Assembly: GCA_000743035.1 (NCBI GenBank)
Contig: CP008936.1
Span: forward strand, 1,560,001 to 1,592,000
Direction: 5' to 3'
DNA: 32,000 nucleotides
Source: Candidatus Paracaedimonas acanthamoebae
GTDB taxonomy: Bacteria; Pseudomonadota; Alphaproteobacteria; Caedimonadales; Caedimonadaceae
The translations under genes and the position numbers were made by a program. Positions 16,175 through 26,088 of the stretch are shown piece by piece (positions within the stretch are counted from its first letter, which is position 1; every line of letters starts with the position of its first letter). The notes beneath the pieces are model-generated. The model made no database searches. It worked only from the letters and a program-made list of their open reading frames with translations, and had not been told where the DNA came from.

Positions 16175-17650
16175 ATGAAAAATAAAATTATTGTGGTGGC
16201 CAGTGCTGTAACTTTCCTTTCCCAGAATGCAATTTCTTCTCATTATGGTTTTGACGATCAAGAGGCGCGAAAGAGGCAACAAATAGGGAAATTTGATGAA
16301 AAGATGCAAAAGGAAAGGCATTTCGAAATAGGGTCTTCTTCCTCGCTCCGATTTGATTCAACTGAAGGTTATTTTATAGCTCTTCTTCTCGGAACGTCGT
16401 TGTTAGTCCAATGCCTGCCCAAAGTTGCTGCCCATCAAGACAGATTATCATCTTCTAAAGCGATGAAGAGCATTCCTGATATAGATGTCACTCAATTTAT
16501 GACCACTCAAAATCTAACGGCAGCTAGTATAGAAAAAGCTTTTAATTGTGAGCAGCAAGCCCGCGATCTAAGGGCTTCACAAGCAGATGAGGGCCTTCTT
16601 CCTTCCTTTGTGCGGCATTTTACTCACCCTGGGCTCTATACATTACCAACAAGGATCGAAACACCTGAGCAAGCCCAAGAGGCCCGCATCAAAGATTATT
16701 ATCAAGCTGTGCAACAAGGGATTAAAGTTCCAGATGGAACATTTGAAGAGCAGCTAAAGGTTTTTAGGCCTCGTTGGATGAAATTATATCAAAGCTATGG
16801 TCCTGCTTTTGGTAATGATGATCCTGTTGATCGAAGCCAGGCTGAGCGCGCCTATAATTATGCAACAAGAACGTTTTTCTCAAGGCCTATAAGTAAGTGG
16901 CTGATCAAAGATCTCACAGAGCTTAATAAGTTCTTTACAAACAGTAAAAAAGAGAGCTTTCGGAATAGCCCTGTTCTCATACGAAATACTCTCAATAATA
17001 TGCCGAGTTTCTTTAAGGTTAAAGAGGTCACTGACTATTTCCTTGCCCATCATCCGGAAGATTTAGAGGGATACCAGGCCCTCACGAAAACAGTTAAGGC
17101 GCATTTTAAAGGCGACGACTTCTATAAAAAAGAATCATGGGATCAAATCATTTATAGTATTTTTAGAGGGGACGAAAGCTCGCCTCATTATGCCTTTCTT
17201 AAGAAGTACTATACCCTTAACACCTTGGTTGCTAATCAAATTAGACCTCAGATGAGCAAGATGCTGGATGAGATCAAAAAGAAAGCCAAGAAGAAGGATT
17301 TCATTAAGGCAGCGGCTTATTTTCATATGCAAGTGGTCAATATCCATCCATGGGAAGATGGAAATGGGCGTGTTGCCCGCCTTGGAATGAATCTGCTCTT
17401 GCTGAAAGGGGGCTACCCAGCGATTGCCTTTACATCAGATGAGCGTTACACGAAACCGATAATTGCTTTTAATGGGGGGGATGAAGCTGCTTTTGAAAAA
17501 TACCTTCAAGAGGAAATTTGCCGCACAACGGGTTTATATACCAATCCTGCCTTCCAAGAAGGCATCCCTTTTGAGCAGCTTGTAAAAAACTGTAAAATAG
17601 AGAATTGTGAGGCAGAGTTTAACAAGCTTAGAGATCAATTTGGTCTCTAG
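16175..17650 (+). CDS. Fic-domain protein (AMPylase-type) with N-terminal signal-like leader
   Basis: 491 aa. AAGGAG lies upstream of the ATG. The canonical Fic motif HPWEDGNGRVAR is at nt 17345-17380. The leader MKNKIIVVASAVTFLSQNAIS is followed by a second hydrophobic stretch YFIALLLGTSLLVQCL. Confidence 0.85.
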   Translation: MKNKIIVVASAVTFLSQNAISSHYGFDDQEARKRQQIGKFDEKMQKERHFEIGSSSSLRFDSTEGYFIALLLGTSLLVQCLPKVAAHQDRLSSSKAMKSIPDIDVTQFMTTQNLTAASIEKAFNCEQQARDLRASQADEGLLPSFVRHFTHPGLYTLPTRIETPEQAQEARIKDYYQAVQQGIKVPDGTFEEQLKVFRPRWMKLYQSYGPAFGNDDPVDRSQAERAYNYATRTFFSRPISKWLIKDLTELNKFFTNSKKESFRNSPVLIRNTLNNMPSFFKVKEVTDYFLAHHPEDLEGYQALTKTVKAHFKGDDFYKKESWDQIIYSIFRGDESSPHYAFLKKYYTLNTLVANQIRPQMSKMLDEIKKKAKKKDFIKAAAYFHMQVVNIHPWEDGNGRVARLGMNLLLLKGGYPAIAFTSDERYTKPIIAFNGGDEAAFEKYLQEEICRTTGLYTNPAFQEGIPFEQLVKNCKIENCEAEFNKLRDQFGL

Positions 17651-17799
17651 ATTTTGTGAAAAGGATTGATTGGAAAGAGGGTAACAGTCTGCGAGGTTCT
17701 GTTGCAAGGTTGAGGTATGATAACTTTAATATTAAAGTAAATATGAGTTGTCATATTAAATCGAGAAAACTAAGCTTTTTTAACACAGTGGGGAGCCCA

Positions 17800-18561
17800 A
17801 TGCTTATAAAATTACCTCTTAAATTTATCCTCATATACTTGAGTTCATTTCTATCATCTGTAAGCCTTCAGGCTTCTTATAAGGCCCTCATATTTGATGT
17901 AGATGGTGTTTTGGTTGATACTGAGCAGCTAAAGTTTGAAGCATGGCAGCAGGCTTTGAAAGAAAAAGAAGTAGAATTTCAGTTAGATGAATATTATCCA
18001 TTGGTTGGTGGCTCATCTGAAGCGATATTAAACTCAATCAATCAACAAAAAAATGTTCAGTTAGGAGAAGAAGTAATAGCAATTAAGGAGAAATATTATT
18101 ATGAAAAACAAATAGAAGGCGTTCCCTTAATACAGGATGCTGTTAAGTTTTTAAAAGAAGTCATCTGTCTTAGAAAATCAGGCAAAATAAAACTAGCTCT
18201 TGCATCATCAGCACCTTATGATGAAATTATTCGAAATATCAAGCAAATGAACCTTTCAGAGGAAGATTTTGATTTGATAGCCTCAGGTAAAGATAGCCTT
18301 AAGCATATAAATGACTATACTGGTGTGAACAAACCAAAACCTTATATTTATCAATTTTGTGCCCAGAAACTTAATGTTCAACCCTTTGAATGTCTAGTTT
18401 TTGAAGATACATATGCAGGTGTAATAGCGGCAACAAGGGCAGGAATGAATGCTATTGCTGTACCAAATAAATTTACCATAAACCATGAATTTTCTAAAGC
18501 AATGAAAGTTGCAAGTTTCAACTCATTAAAGTTAAATAGTATTGTAAATGCAAACAATTAA
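17800..18561 (+). CDS. HAD-superfamily phosphatase (beta-phosphoglucomutase-like subfamily) with N-terminal hydrophobic leader
   Basis: HAD motifs: LIFDVDGVLVDTE (motif I), LASSA (II), KPKPYIY (III) and FEDTYAGVIAATRAGM (IV). I prefer the ATG at 17800 behind GGGGAG, giving the leader MLIKLPLKFILIYLSSFLSSVSLQA. The track ORF starts at GTG 17656. Confidence 0.8.
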   Translation: MLIKLPLKFILIYLSSFLSSVSLQASYKALIFDVDGVLVDTEQLKFEAWQQALKEKEVEFQLDEYYPLVGGSSEAILNSINQQKNVQLGEEVIAIKEKYYYEKQIEGVPLIQDAVKFLKEVICLRKSGKIKLALASSAPYDEIIRNIKQMNLSEEDFDLIASGKDSLKHINDYTGVNKPKPYIYQFCAQKLNVQPFECLVFEDTYAGVIAATRAGMNAIAVPNKFTINHEFSKAMKVASFNSLKLNSIVNANN

Positions 18562-18624
18562 CGTATTACCTAATAAATTAATAAAATGGTTAAGAGATAA
18601 CTAAAAAAAAGAGGTTTGAGAGGC

Positions 18625-20016
18625 ATGAAAAATTCATTATTAAAAAAATTTTCTTTCATTACAATTAGATTTTTAATTTGTTTATTTGGGTATAATTTTG
18701 TTTACGCTTCTTCGCCATTTGAGGTGCCCACTTTGGAAGTATTAGGATCTGAAGAATGGGTAAAAGCTAAAGTAAAGACCTATCCAGAACTTGAATGGTT
18801 GCTTGACTCAAATGTTCAACATACTCAAGAGGGAACCGTTGAACAATTTCCTCATAGTTGGTCACAAAAACTTCGGAATGCCCACTATCCTGAATTTGAA
18901 AGAACTATTCTTAGCTTAGTGTGCTTGTACTTGATTAATGATGGTAGTAAGGAGGCGTATGAACGCTTTACCGTTCTCCAATCATCTAGTGAAAAGCTTA
19001 CATACGCGTCATTTAAGCGATTACATTCATTTGCCCAAGAAATTATTCAAAATGACCTATCCCAGCTACAGCTTCTTGAAATCAATTTAATATTAGGAGA
19101 TATGGGTAAAACGCAAGTGGCTCATGAAAAATCTAAAATTTATAAGATTTCTGAAGCTGATCATGACCTCTTTTTAGACAAATGCCTCAAAAAATGTCCG
19201 CAGATTTTTCCAACTTTTCAATTATTGACACCTTCACATCAAGAACAACTTAAAAGAACAAAAGGCCTTGTCCATTTAGGACATGTCACACATGTTGAAG
19301 GAGGACCGGAAATATTAGAAAAATTGAAGAATTCGACTATTCTTAGGAACAATCCTCGAGGATTTGATTTTGAGATTTTAACACATATATGCGATGTTAG
19401 CGCTGCTCGGGGTCATGAGAATAATGCTGGATCAAAAGTCATGACTGAGAATACATTTAAAACAATTGAAGTCATTAAAGAGGCTTTACATTATTTATCA
19501 AATCATTCTGAGCAAGAAGCTCTGAAGCATTACTTATCGCAACGTGCGTCTTGGCTTGGTATAAATTTAAGTTTTGATGAGGAGTATACTGTAGCGCGCA
19601 TTGGCGCTATGATGCGGCTTTATACAAAAGAAGATGGGAAGATCCTTCAAGAAGCTTTCAGCCAAATTAAACCTAAAATGAAAAGCACTTTGCTTGCTGA
19701 ACTTAACCCATTAATTATTAGACAGGAAAGAACACCAACTTATATCCCTGCTGTACTTGTCAATCTTATGAGTGCTTATACTAAGCAAGAGTTATCCCGT
19801 GAAGATTCAATTCACCAGTGCGTTACAAAAGGTGTTCCACTTATAGCAGAGATTTTACATGCTTATCGGCACAATAAAGCAAATATTCCTTATAATATAA
19901 ATCTAACGCTTAATTTTAATAAAATTGCAGGTCAACTTCGAGATAATGTAGAACTTGCCGAAAATAATAATTTTACTATTGATCCTCAAGGAAATGTTGA
20001 ATTAGTGCAGTCTTAA
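18625..20016 (+). CDS. Hypothetical protein with hydrophobic N-terminus, unknown function
   Basis: About 463 aa. I prefer the ATG at 18625 (MKNSLLKKFSFITIRFLICLFGYNFVYA) behind AAGAGG/GAGAGG. I recognise no family confidently. Confidence 0.6.
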   Translation: MKNSLLKKFSFITIRFLICLFGYNFVYASSPFEVPTLEVLGSEEWVKAKVKTYPELEWLLDSNVQHTQEGTVEQFPHSWSQKLRNAHYPEFERTILSLVCLYLINDGSKEAYERFTVLQSSSEKLTYASFKRLHSFAQEIIQNDLSQLQLLEINLILGDMGKTQVAHEKSKIYKISEADHDLFLDKCLKKCPQIFPTFQLLTPSHQEQLKRTKGLVHLGHVTHVEGGPEILEKLKNSTILRNNPRGFDFEILTHICDVSAARGHENNAGSKVMTENTFKTIEVIKEALHYLSNHSEQEALKHYLSQRASWLGINLSFDEEYTVARIGAMMRLYTKEDGKILQEAFSQIKPKMKSTLLAELNPLIIRQERTPTYIPAVLVNLMSAYTKQELSREDSIHQCVTKGVPLIAEILHAYRHNKANIPYNINLTLNFNKIAGQLRDNVELAENNNFTIDPQGNVELVQS

Positions 20017-20063
20017 GACAAAGCGAAGAAAAGTTAAATTTTTTTGATTAAAATACGTTAGTT

Positions 20064-20255
20064 GGTTATGTTACAAGTTTGAGCAGTAGACTTGGAGGTA
20101 TAAATAACTCTGGATACTCCCTATAAAGCATTAAGATTCCGTTACCGACATTTTTTACCTACCATTATTCTACAATGCAGGCGCTAGTATTTGTGCTACC
20201 CCCTAAGCTACCGAAATCTAGAAGAGATGATGGCAGCAAGAGGCGTGGGAAAGGG
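20064..20255 (+). pseudogene. IS6 family left end (IR plus transposase N-terminus), truncated
   Basis: The IR GGTTATGTTACAAGTTTGAGC (20064-20084) is followed by KALRFRYRHFLPTIILQCRR*YLCYPLSYRNLEEMMAARGV. Compare IS26 Tnp FKGRHFQRDIILWAVRWYCKYGISYRELQEMLAERGV. A TAG replaces the Trp codon. Homology ends near 20255. Confidence 0.8.
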
Positions 20256-20262
20256 TTGTTCA

Positions 20263-21015
20263 CTATAGCTTACCTCCCCAAGACATTCCTCCATCTATGG
20301 TGAAAGTAGAGCCAGTCACATACCGAGAGGCCTCGTTAGATGCAAGGTATAAGATAAGTCCATCAAGGTCGCTTGATTGGGCAATATCTCCATAAGGAAT
20401 GAGTGGAATGATTTGCTCTATATCCGGTCCATTCATCGGTGTTCTAAACCAGCCGGGTGAAATGCAATTGATACGTATCTTGTGGGGTGATAGTTCACCA
20501 ACTAAGGTCTTCGTTAAATGGATGACTGCCGCTTTACTAATTGAGTAGGCAGTGCCACCTTTTGCAGGGATGGCATTTCCATTCACGCTACCGATATTAA
20601 TAATCGAGCCATGGATACCATAGTTCTTCATATGATTTGCTACTGCTTTTGTGACGTACCATACCCCCATCAAGTTGGTCTGTATAATCGACATAAAGTC
20701 ATTTTTATCGTCTTTTTCAAAAATAGGAGTACGCGCCGCAATTCCTGCGTTATTCACACATATATCAATCTTCTTTCCAGACTGCTCTAATTCAGCAAAG
20801 CATCTTGCTACAGATTCTTTATCTGATACATCCATCTGGATAGCTATGGCATTGCTAATCTCATGACTTAAAGCTTCTAGCTTATCCATGCGGCGAGCAG
20901 CTAATATCACACGCGCCCCCGAAGCCGCTAAAGTACGGGCAAATTGCTCCCCTAGACCGCTGGAAGCACCTGTGATGATTGCCGTTTTGCCATATAAATT
21001 GAAATTAACCGCCAT
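20263..21015 (-). CDS. Short-chain dehydrogenase/reductase (FabG-like)
   Basis: 250 aa. TGASSGLG is the cofactor-binding motif, NNAG is present, and YSISKAAV is the catalytic YxxxK. GGAG lies upstream of the ATG. Confidence 0.9.
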   Translation of the reverse strand: MAVNFNLYGKTAIITGASSGLGEQFARTLAASGARVILAARRMDKLEALSHEISNAIAIQMDVSDKESVARCFAELEQSGKKIDICVNNAGIAARTPIFEKDDKNDFMSIIQTNLMGVWYVTKAVANHMKNYGIHGSIINIGSVNGNAIPAKGGTAYSISKAAVIHLTKTLVGELSPHKIRINCISPGWFRTPMNGPDIEQIIPLIPYGDIAQSSDLDGLILYLASNEASRYVTGSTFTIDGGMSWGGKL

Positions 21016-21130
21016 TTTTAAACTCCAAAAGTTATTTTGTGCGCTAAGTTTTTCTACAAACTTTACTTAAGAAAATTATAGATTATGAGCCTCATAAAGT
21101 ATAATTATAAAAAACTCACAATCTCGCTTA

Positions 21131-21535
21131 TTAGCTTCTTAAATATTGGTAAAGAGTTTCTCGACTGATATTGAGCTCCTTGGCAATTGCTGATTTACTG
21201 TGTCCTTGAGAAACCTTCTCCTTAAGATCTACTATTGCTTCCTCACTGAGCTTCTTCTTTCTTCCTTTATAAAGTCCCTTTTGCTTGGCAAGATAAATGC
21301 CTTCTAACTGCCGTTCTCTGATAAGGGCTCGCTCAAACTCTCCAAAAGCTCCCATCACGGAGAGAAGAAGCTTGGCCATGGGAGAGTCCTCGCCTGTAAA
21401 GACTAATTGCTCTTTCTCAAATCGGATGCCTATCCCCTTCCCCGTTAACCCTTTTACAAGCCCCCTTAAGTCATCAAGGTTGAGTTAATCATCCATACTA
21501 TGAACAACAATGGTATCGCCGTCTCTTGCATAGTT
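21131..21535 (-). pseudogene. Serine recombinase relic, copy 4
   Basis: The C-terminal 82 codons are open and about 90% identical to copy 1. Upstream reads YARDGDTIVVHSMDD*LNLDDLRGLVKGLTGKGIGIRFEKEQLVFTGEDSP with an in-frame stop. The catalytic N-terminus is absent. Confidence 0.8.
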
Positions 21536-21571
21536 GTCAATAACGGTTTAAAATTGACTCACCCCCCTTAA

Positions 21572-21695
<124 letters not shown>

Positions 21696-21807
21696 TCAAT
21701 TACTTGCGGAAGTTATAAAGATGAAGGAGGCTTACTTGGAGCGCTATTATTCAAACTATAAAGATTCAATCAAATAAATTCTCGTTTAATCAAGCTTCTT
21801 TTATGCT

Positions 21808-22182
21808 TCAGGAAAAAGCTTCAATTGAAGCTGTAAGGGCAGTTGCGCCGATAAGCCAATTTCTTAAAGATAGTGCCTTTTGAGCCTTAAGAAGGGTTGC
21901 TGCAGTATTTTGTGAGGTGGTCAGTAAATTCTGGGCAGCTTCCTCGAATGTTTCCTTTATGCGCTCATTAATATTCTGGACGACTTCTTGTCCCATCTGC
22001 TGAGAAGCATCTAGGATATTGGCCTTAAGGCTCTTTTGAACATGAGAGGTAATATTTTTGAATTCTTCATGTTGTACCATGAACATGCGGGCTCCTGCTT
22101 TAACCTCGTCTATAGTCTTTTGTAATTTTTTAATTTGAGTGGCCATCTCTTCTTTAAGAAGTGAGAGCTTGTAATAGTTCAA
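21808..22182 (-). CDS. Coiled-coil protein, unknown function, 18 nt downstream of traD
   Basis: 124-aa track ORF with a TTG start. An alternative ATG lies at 22146 (MATQIKKL). It is helical with heptad-like composition and has a hydrophobic C-terminus NWLIGATALTASIEAF. Confidence 0.45.
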   Translation of the reverse strand: MNYYKLSLLKEEMATQIKKLQKTIDEVKAGARMFMVQHEEFKNITSHVQKSLKANILDASQQMGQEVVQNINERIKETFEEAAQNLLTTSQNTAATLLKAQKALSLRNWLIGATALTASIEAFS

Positions 22183-22200
22183 CTCAAAGGGATCTTGATT

Positions 22201-23775
22201 TCAGACATGGTCAGCTCCTCTGGCTAGGGAGAAATCAAATGTTTCGATCTTACTTGGTGGTTGAGGCTGGTAAGGCATCTTGAGCTTACTAATAGGATAA
22301 TTGCCTGGGAGTTTGATATAGGCCTCAAGGTCTCTTAAATTTTGGATTTCTGTGGGAATGACAATAGGTTTGGTGTGAGTTTGCTGATTTAAAGACACGC
22401 CATCTCTGATGGTGTTTGCGCCATAGGAGAGATTTTCAACAATTTCTGTTTCATCCTTTTCACCTAGTACTTTTGAGATCCAGCTTGTTGTCTGAGGATC
22501 TGTGCTTCTGAAGAAGATAAACGTATTAAAAAGATCAAGGATAGCTTGAGATCCTGCATGACCATAAAGATCACTAATCTGCGGCATGCCTTGAATCCCT
22601 GCCATGATGCAGCCCCCATACTTTCTAAGCTCAGCAAGAGCTAAAGATAGCGACGGCAAGTGTTGAAGAGCAGGAAGTTCGTCAATCATGAACCAAAGCC
22701 TTCTTTGTTGGTCAGGTGATAAGGACATGACCGCATTAAAGGCAATCTCAAGCCAACAAGAAATTAAAGGTTTTAAGGTTTCTCGTTGGTCTGGCCTTGC
22801 GGTAATAAAGAGCCAATTCTTCTGCTCTTCATTTTGAACCCATTGCCTTAAGGAAAAGTTTTTATTGTGGTCATTCAAATACTTTAAGCTTTTAATCTGA
22901 ACAGCCAAGTTTGAGCGAACAGAAAGCGTCATTTTCTCCCCTTCTTTTGTGGTATAAGGAGAAGCTTCTGTATCCTTAAAGAAGTTCTCAAACTCATTAA
23001 GGTCTGCTGTGATTAAGACTCTATGCAATTCATGGATACTGTGATCCTCAAAGCTATCCAATTTTTGCATAGCGGTTGAAAAGAGGGAACGAGAAGCATT
23101 ATCCCAAAAGCGGTCTGAGACATACTTTTGTTGAGGAATAAGCCCTGAAGCGAGCATGTCATAATGGCTTACAAGAGTGCAATCTGCCCAAGGGTTCCAA
23201 TTCACTGATCGTATGTCAAAAGGATTTAGAATTAAGTCCCCTTTTTGGTAAAAGCGAGAAATATATTGCCCTGTCAGATCAACAATTATGGCTCTATTTT
23301 CTCTTTTCCTAACTTGAGGTACCAGAATATTAAAACAATTGGATTTTCCAGACCCTGTTGTTCCTGTGATCAAAATATGGGAAGTTTCCTTATCTTTGAT
23401 GAGAGGAAGACTTTCAACTTTAAGATCTGAGGCTTGTCTTTTAAATTTAATGAGCCATTTAAGTTTAAAAGGGGTGAGAGCTTTATTCCCGCGATTGTGT
23501 TTTTTCTGCCTTTGCCGTGTCCCCATCACAAGCCAGGAAAGCAGTATCAGACTAAAAGAAATCAAGAAAGCCTTAAGCCCATAAGGAAGGTTCTTCTCCA
23601 GCGTATAGTTTACCTTTGAAACCCTTTTTAAAACCTGGGGGAGACGATGTAGAGTTGTCTTATCATCAATGATAAAAAGTAAGAAAGGATTCAGCTCATG
23701 CGTGTAATATTGAGCATAACTCTGCCAATAGGCTTTAGGGACTTCGTTATAAGTCTTGGTTGAGTAAAAAACAAA
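22201..23775 (-). pseudogene. traD: F-type type IV coupling protein TraD, N-terminally truncated by IS3 insertion
   Basis: Walker A is ITGTTGSGKS and Walker B is LWFMIDELPAL. LILNPFDIRSVNWNPW and FFRSTDPQT...LSYGANTIRDGVSL parallel F TraD. The reading frame stays open upstream of the track start, through FVFYSTKTYNEVPKAYWQ..., right up to the IS3 terminal repeat at 23776. No start codon context is seen. Confidence 0.8.
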
Positions 23776-23796
23776 ACCTGATCTTGCTACAAAAAT

Positions 23797-24672
23797 TTAG
23801 ACATTGTGAACTGAGATGGTTTGATTTTTGTAATGATTGTATTCCCACTGATTTGGACTTTGATAGTTGAGTGTCGAGTGCCTCCTTTTAGAGTTATAAA
23901 ATGTGAATATGTATTCAAAGATATCGGTTTTTGCTTCTTCTAAAGTTTTATAGTTCTTAAAATAGACATGCTCTGTTTTAAGCGTATGAAAGAAGCTCTC
24001 CATTGCAGCATTGTCATAAGCACATCCTGTTTTTCCATGACTCAGTTTTATTCCATGAGTTTGAGCTATTTCATAAAGGTTATTGCTTGTATATTGGCTC
24101 CCCATATCAGAATGATGAATAAGCCCTGAAGGAGGTCTCCTTAATAAGAGAGCTTGATTAAGTGCTGCTAAAATTAAAGAACTTCTCATGTGATCACTCA
24201 AAGCCATTCCCACCACTTTTCGAGAGAATAGATCAAGAATAATAGCCAGATAAGCCCAGGTTCTATTGATGGCAATAAAAGTAATATCTGCGGCCCAAAT
24301 TCTATTAGGAAGAGGAGAATAAAAATTCTGCTGAACGAGATCCTGGGTTGGACGAGTGATATTTTCTGAACGTTTTGTTGTTTTAACAAACTTCCTATAC
24401 ATCTTGGCTTGGATATCATTCTTCTGCATCAATCGAGCGACTTTAACTCGAGAACAAAAAGTTCCCTGAGCACAAAGTTCTGCATGGATCCGAGGACTGC
24501 CATAAGTTTCTCGGCTCTCCTCAAAAATAGTCCTCATTCTTTTAACAGTCTCAGTGTTCTCCAGTTCTCTCTTGCTGGGACTCCTTTTAATAAAATCGTA
24601 ATACCCACTGCGAGAAACCCCTAAGACTTGCGCCATCTGATCCAAGGAAAATAAAGTGGTATGATGCTTCAT
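23797..24672 (-). CDS. IS3 family transposase OrfB (rve/DDE integrase core)
   Basis: 291 aa. WAADITFI, HSDMGSQYTS and YDNAAMESFFHTLKTE give the DDE triad context. The upstream frame KAVAIFSEPRGKGTNS (to 24716) is the displaced OrfA tail. Confidence 0.9.
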   Translation of the reverse strand: MKHHTTLFSLDQMAQVLGVSRSGYYDFIKRSPSKRELENTETVKRMRTIFEESRETYGSPRIHAELCAQGTFCSRVKVARLMQKNDIQAKMYRKFVKTTKRSENITRPTQDLVQQNFYSPLPNRIWAADITFIAINRTWAYLAIILDLFSRKVVGMALSDHMRSSLILAALNQALLLRRPPSGLIHHSDMGSQYTSNNLYEIAQTHGIKLSHGKTGCAYDNAAMESFFHTLKTEHVYFKNYKTLEEAKTDIFEYIFTFYNSKRRHSTLNYQSPNQWEYNHYKNQTISVHNV

Positions 24673-24720
24673 GAATTCGTACCTTTGCCTCGGGGTTCGG
24701 AGAAGATGGCAACTGCTTTC

Positions 24721-26085
24721 CTAAGAAACTCCCTGTACCAAGTCCTGCATTTTATTCTCTTGCAATATATAACCTAAAGCAGCAGCTCGCTTTGATAAGT
24801 TATCAAGAACCCGCTTTTGATATCGTGCCTCATAGTAATTGGCACCTGGATCAACATATTGCATTCCATAACGCAGAGCATTAAAAAATAATACTGCCAT
24901 TTTTCTAGCTGTTGCAGTAATTGCCTTTGATTTACCAATGCGAGCCGAGAGTCGTCTATAAAACGCACCAAGAGCCGTATTTGTCTTTCCAATTGTTACA
25001 GCAGCCAATCTTAATGCTGCTGCCGCACGACTTGAGGAACGCCGTGTTCGTGATGATAATACTTTCCCTCCTGATACCTTATTCCCTGGAGAAAGACATA
25101 GCCAAGAAGTAAAGTGCTTGCTGCTCGGCCAGCGAGACATATCAGTGCCACATTCTGATATTAATTTTAAGGCTAATGAAGGTCCAACACCGTGTATTTG
25201 TGTTAAGTCCATTCCTAATGCTTGGTAAAGGGATGCTCTTACATCAAAGCTTAAGCTATTAGGTTGTTTAGTGCGATGCCTGGCTTTGGGTAGAGGTTGA
25301 TCAGGCAACTTATTATCTTTTCCAAGCAAGCTTAATGTCTCTTCTATTCGACGATCACACTCATTAATTTTTTGTGTGTAATAATCGAATAATTCAACAG
25401 CTTGAGTTAAAGAAAACAAATGCTCTTCTTGATAATTACCCTTTAAGGATTCCTCAATAGTTTTAATGGATTCCTTACAACGTATGTCTCTATGTTCTGC
25501 TAATACAGCAGGGCAACGTTCACCATTCATAATCGCACGAATGATCTTCATGCCTGTGGCTCCCGTTATATCCGATACGACATGATGCAACTGTAAGTTC
25601 ATTTGCATTAAAGCTTTTTGCATATGCTGGATATGAGAGGCTCTGAATTCAAGCATACGTTCACGTTGTCTAATATAAGCACGTAGCACAGTAATTTGTT
25701 TTTCTGGTCTGAAGCTAGCACGTAACAAACCAAATTGATGTAACCGTTGAATCCATTGCGCATCATTGACGTCTGTTTTACGTCCAGGAACATTTTTAGC
25801 TTCTCGTGGATTAACTAAAAATACCTCAAAACCATAATTCTCTAAGATCTCAAAAGCAGGAATCCAATAAATACCTGTGGATTCCATAGCAATGCTGGTG
25901 ACCTCACAGCTTTTAAGCCATTTTGCCATAGCATGTAAATCTGTGGTAAAACTTTGAAACGTACGAACTGGTTCTTTTGCTTTATCACTCCCTACAGCAA
26001 CAACGTGAAACTTAGCACCAATATCAATCCCAGCAGCATTTTGATGAATAATTGGCATACTGGATTGTCTGTTAGATTGAGTCAT
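24721..26085 (-). CDS. IS110 family transposase
   Basis: About 454 aa. I prefer the ATG at 26085 behind AAGGAGAAGAGG. Motifs: AAGIDIGAKFHVVAV...AMESTGIYWIP...NPREAKNVPGRKTDVNDAQWI...IHGVGPSLALKLISECG...SWLCLSPGNKVSGGK. Confidence 0.95.
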   Translation of the reverse strand: MTQSNRQSSMPIIHQNAAGIDIGAKFHVVAVGSDKAKEPVRTFQSFTTDLHAMAKWLKSCEVTSIAMESTGIYWIPAFEILENYGFEVFLVNPREAKNVPGRKTDVNDAQWIQRLHQFGLLRASFRPEKQITVLRAYIRQRERMLEFRASHIQHMQKALMQMNLQLHHVVSDITGATGMKIIRAIMNGERCPAVLAEHRDIRCKESIKTIEESLKGNYQEEHLFSLTQAVELFDYYTQKINECDRRIEETLSLLGKDNKLPDQPLPKARHRTKQPNSLSFDVRASLYQALGMDLTQIHGVGPSLALKLISECGTDMSRWPSSKHFTSWLCLSPGNKVSGGKVLSSRTRRSSSRAAAALRLAAVTIGKTNTALGAFYRRLSARIGKSKAITATARKMAVLFFNALRYGMQYVDPGANYYEARYQKRVLDNLSKRAAALGYILQENKMQDLVQGVS

Positions 26086-26088
26086 CAC

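Noticed and set aside
16577-16594. SQADEG in the Fic protein matches the (S/T)xxxE(G/N) auto-inhibition motif
   Set aside because: It lies about 250 residues before the Fic motif, further than in characterised class II Fic proteins, and a 6-residue degenerate pattern is easily found by chance. It needs a structure prediction.
18625-20016. Possible HD-phosphohydrolase signature (EADHD, several His) in the 463-aa unknown
   Set aside because: It is an isolated HD dipeptide without the surrounding H...HD...D spacing that I can verify by eye. It is not reported as a call.
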